Source: an uncultured virus (IMG/VR IMGVR_UViG_2897137741_000002) | Lineage: Duplodnaviria; Heunggongvirae; Uroviricota; Caudoviricetes | Length of the DNA stretch: 64,000 nucleotides | Reading direction: 5' to 3' (one strand) | Virus record (IMG/VR): IMGVR_UViG_2897137741_000002 | Location: 62,001-126,000 of that record | In this document: piece after piece, positions 61,917-64,000 of the stretch | Position numbering within the stretch: the first letter of the stretch is position 1 | How the letters are laid out: every line of letters begins with the position of its first letter | Made by a program: the position numbers and the translations under genes | Notes under the pieces: model-generated | The model's database searches: none | What the model was told of the DNA's origin: nothing | The model's input: only the letters and a program-made list of their open reading frames with translations

Positions 61917-61958
61917 AAGGGTAATTTTAAACAAACTTAAATTTAAAGGAGCAAATAA

Positions 61959-62321
61959 ATGTATTTCATTGAAAATCAGGAAGGATTAATCGGAAAAGAA
62001 GTTGCTTATGTTTGGGCAAATCAATTTTGTGAGCAAACAACGATTATTACTAAAGATGGAGGCGTGTTTATGGTTTGTCAACAATCTGACTGGGATGATG
62101 GCTATGAGACCAGAATATTATACCCGCATGAAGCTAAGAAGATATTACATCCTCTGAAAAAAGACTTGCATGACAAAGGAGTGATTGATGAAACAGAGTG
62201 GGAAGAGTACGAGAATGAGCTAAAAAAGAAACAAGATGCTGAAAGAGAAAAGTATCTCAAAGAGAAAGAAGAACGTGATCGTAAACTATATGAAGAGTTG
62301 AGGGCAAAGTTCGATCAATAA
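61959..62321 (+). CDS. Hypothetical protein
   Basis: 120 aa, begins right after repeat site 61908. Confidence 0.75.
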   Translation: MYFIENQEGLIGKEVAYVWANQFCEQTTIITKDGGVFMVCQQSDWDDGYETRILYPHEAKKILHPLKKDLHDKGVIDETEWEEYENELKKKQDAEREKYLKEKEERDRKLYEELRAKFDQ

Positions 62322-62392
62322 TGAACAGTTTGTTTAACTGAAGAATGCAATACAAGAACTTACATACCAAAAACTAAAGGAGTTAATACATA

Positions 62393-62821
62393 ATGCAAAT
62401 TAAAATCAAGTATCTAGATGAAACACAAACAAGAATCAGCAAAATTGAGCAGGGAGACTGGATTGATCTTCGTGCAGCTGAAGATGTAGTGATCAAAAAA
62501 GATGAGTTTAAACTTGTCCCATTAGGTGTGGCTATGGAATTGCCTGAAGGTTATGAAGCTCATGTCGTTCCTCGTTCGAGTACGTATAAGAACTTTGGTG
62601 TGATTCAAACAAACTCAATGGGTGTTATCGATGAGTCTTATAAGGGAGACAACGATTTTTGGTTCTTTCCTGCTTATGCATTGCGTGATACTGAAATTAA
62701 GAAAGATGATCGTATCTGTCAGTTTAGAATCATGAAGAAAATGCCGGCGGTTGAATTGGTTGAAGTAGACTATCTAGGCAACGATGACCGAGGTGGGCAC
62801 GGTTCAACTGGAACGAAATAA
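62393..62821 (+). CDS. yosS: Trimeric dUTPase
   Basis: [25 protein letters not shown]. Confidence 0.93.
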   Translation: MQIKIKYLDETQTRISKIEQGDWIDLRAAEDVVIKKDEFKLVPLGVAMELPEGYEAHVVPRSSTYKNFGVIQTNSMGVIDESYKGDNDFWFFPAYALRDTEIKKDDRICQFRIMKKMPAVELVEVDYLGNDDRGGHGSTGTK

Positions 62822-62908
62822 TTTACCATGTAGACAGTCTCTTTTTGGACTGAAACTTTTATAAAGCATTAACGTAGTACTTTATAAAGGGAATAAGGAG
62901 GTTTCTTC

Positions 62909-63091
62909 ATGGGGGTGAATTTCTTTAATGCAGAGTTAAAGTGCTCAAACTGCGGTAAAGTACTAAATTCAGGTGATGAAATAGAGGTACATATTACCCT
63001 GCCAAGTCAAAAGAAAATGCCTGTTGGTATCTTAGACAAAGTATTAAGTAAACACTCTGATAAGGTTTATTGTAAGAATTGTAGTGAGTAA
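62909..63091 (+). CDS. Zn-ribbon small protein
   Basis: CSNC..CKNC; RBS AAGGAGG; terminator 63101-63134. Confidence 0.7.
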   Translation: MGVNFFNAELKCSNCGKVLNSGDEIEVHITLPSQKKMPVGILDKVLSKHSDKVYCKNCSE

Positions 63092-63197
63092 GTTTTCAAT
63101 GTTATGAGGATGCTCCTAGAGGTTTCCTCATAACAAATATCAATTTAAATTAGAAAATAAAGAATACTTTTATCTAAAATCAATAAGGAGGAAAGAG

Positions 63198-63398
63198 ATC
63201 ATCAACAACAAAGAAAGAGCTTTACAAGCAAAATATGATGATATGCTTTATAGGAACGGTCTTTGCTTTGGATTTCTTCAGTTGCAATGACTTGAAGATG
63301 AATTCATTGAACATATGAGACAAGTCGCTGAGTACGAGAAAGACCTGAGATACAAAAGTGCAGCAACTAATTTCTTAAAGATGATCGACCATAATTAA
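63198..63398 (+). pseudogene. Decayed small gene
   Basis: Strong RBS AAGGAGG, ATC in place of a start codon, internal TGA at 63288. Confidence 0.5.
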
Positions 63399-63415
63399 AA
63401 TACGCGGGTGATTAA

Positions 63416-63709
63416 TTGTTAAAGGATAAAAATAAATTATTAAAGAGTATTGAAAAGATCAACAAACTTGAAGAAGGGTTGTCACTATTTGAAGAAGGTG
63501 ACGAAGAATATTTAAGTGTATTAGTGAAAATTCAGGGGCTATATGATGAAATCTCAGATACTGCTTTAGAGTGTTTTAAAGAGATGACTACAAAAATCAG
63601 GAAAACTGGTCAGAAACGGATTGTAAAAGGGATTGATCAGTTGCCATATACAATTAAAGAAAACATTGCTGATCAAGTGAATGAATTAAAGGGGGAGCTT
63701 TTTGGATGA
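63416..63709 (+). CDS. Hypothetical protein (YosV-like)
   Basis: 97 aa, synteny. Confidence 0.65.
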   Translation: MLKDKNKLLKSIEKINKLEEGLSLFEEGDEEYLSVLVKIQGLYDEISDTALECFKEMTTKIRKTGQKRIVKGIDQLPYTIKENIADQVNELKGELFG

Positions 63710-63921
63710 AAGCAAATATTAATGGTATTGAATTTGAGGGTACGCCCGAAGAAATAAACGAATTGATTAATTTACATGGATATAAGAATATGCTGCAAGA
63801 TGATTTATTAATGAGGAACTTTGAACAGCTTAGCCGAGTGAATAGATCAAGACCGACTAATTTATTTAAAGTAGGGGATTATGATTTCCATGACTCGCCT
63901 AAATGCTTAATTATCACTTGA
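63706..63921 (+). CDS. Hypothetical protein
   Basis: 71 aa, coupled start. Confidence 0.65.
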   Translation: MKANINGIEFEGTPEEINELINLHGYKNMLQDDLLMRNFEQLSRVNRSRPTNLFKVGDYDFHDSPKCLIIT

Positions 63922-64000
63922 TTAGAGTAGTAATAAATCAAAAGACAAATATAAAATAAGGAGATGTTTATTATAGCGTATCTAACTTTATTTCTAGCAG

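Larger units (their letters stand above)
7708..63178. repeat. Dispersed family of 28-bp 11-6-11 inverted-repeat sites at gene boundaries
   Basis: Consensus TCTRRATAAAA-N6-TTTTAWNNAGA. Copies start at 7708, 8142, 8892, 9828, 11389, 14191, 21711, 23589, 24717, 25852, 26277, 27159, 27480, 30028, 31280, 31712, 35402, 49373, 49673, 51041, 52413, 53777, 54949, 55264, 56375, 61908. Degenerate copies at ~12386, ~28076, 63151. Confidence 0.9.

Noticed and set aside
7708..63178. The 28-bp sites as CRISPR repeats or intrinsic terminators
   Set aside because: They are dispersed between whole genes with no regular spacers or cas genes. The stems are almost all A/U, and real terminators occur separately beside them (e.g. 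14161, ~52460).

Overview
This window is the internal part of a Bacillus subtilis-group SPbeta-like (Spbetavirus) prophage or phage. It is colinear with SPbeta from yonN to about yosV. In order it carries: HU (yonN) and the single-subunit RNA polymerase YonO; the yonT/yoyJ toxin locus; an accessory region with candidate defence genes (ApeA-like HEPN, PD-(D/E)xK nuclease); a GMPRGA-type arbitrium system (aimR, aimP, AimR operator) and the sroA-F repression operon; a second accessory region; ligB/SRAP; the yorE-yorL replication operon; an SPR-type multispecific C5 methyltransferase; the MazE mimic YosL; and nrdIEF with two group I introns (no intein; nrdF frameshifted by a 127-bp tandem duplication), thioredoxin and dUTPase. 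Gene names come from my recall of SPbeta proteins, lengths and synteny, not from a database search. Two signals are not explained by this annotation. (1) About 26 clear copies of a 28-bp, 11-6-11 inverted-repeat site (TCTRRATAAAA-N6-TTTTAWNNAGA, every spacer different) sit almost exclusively at gene boundaries of the variable regions. They often contain the upstream stop codon and precisely bracket accessory genes, which suggests a dif/pdif-like phage gene-cassette recombination system. (2) A heavily base-paired, pseudoknotted non-coding region headed by a tRNA-like domain lies directly downstream of yonN (1-670, minus strand).
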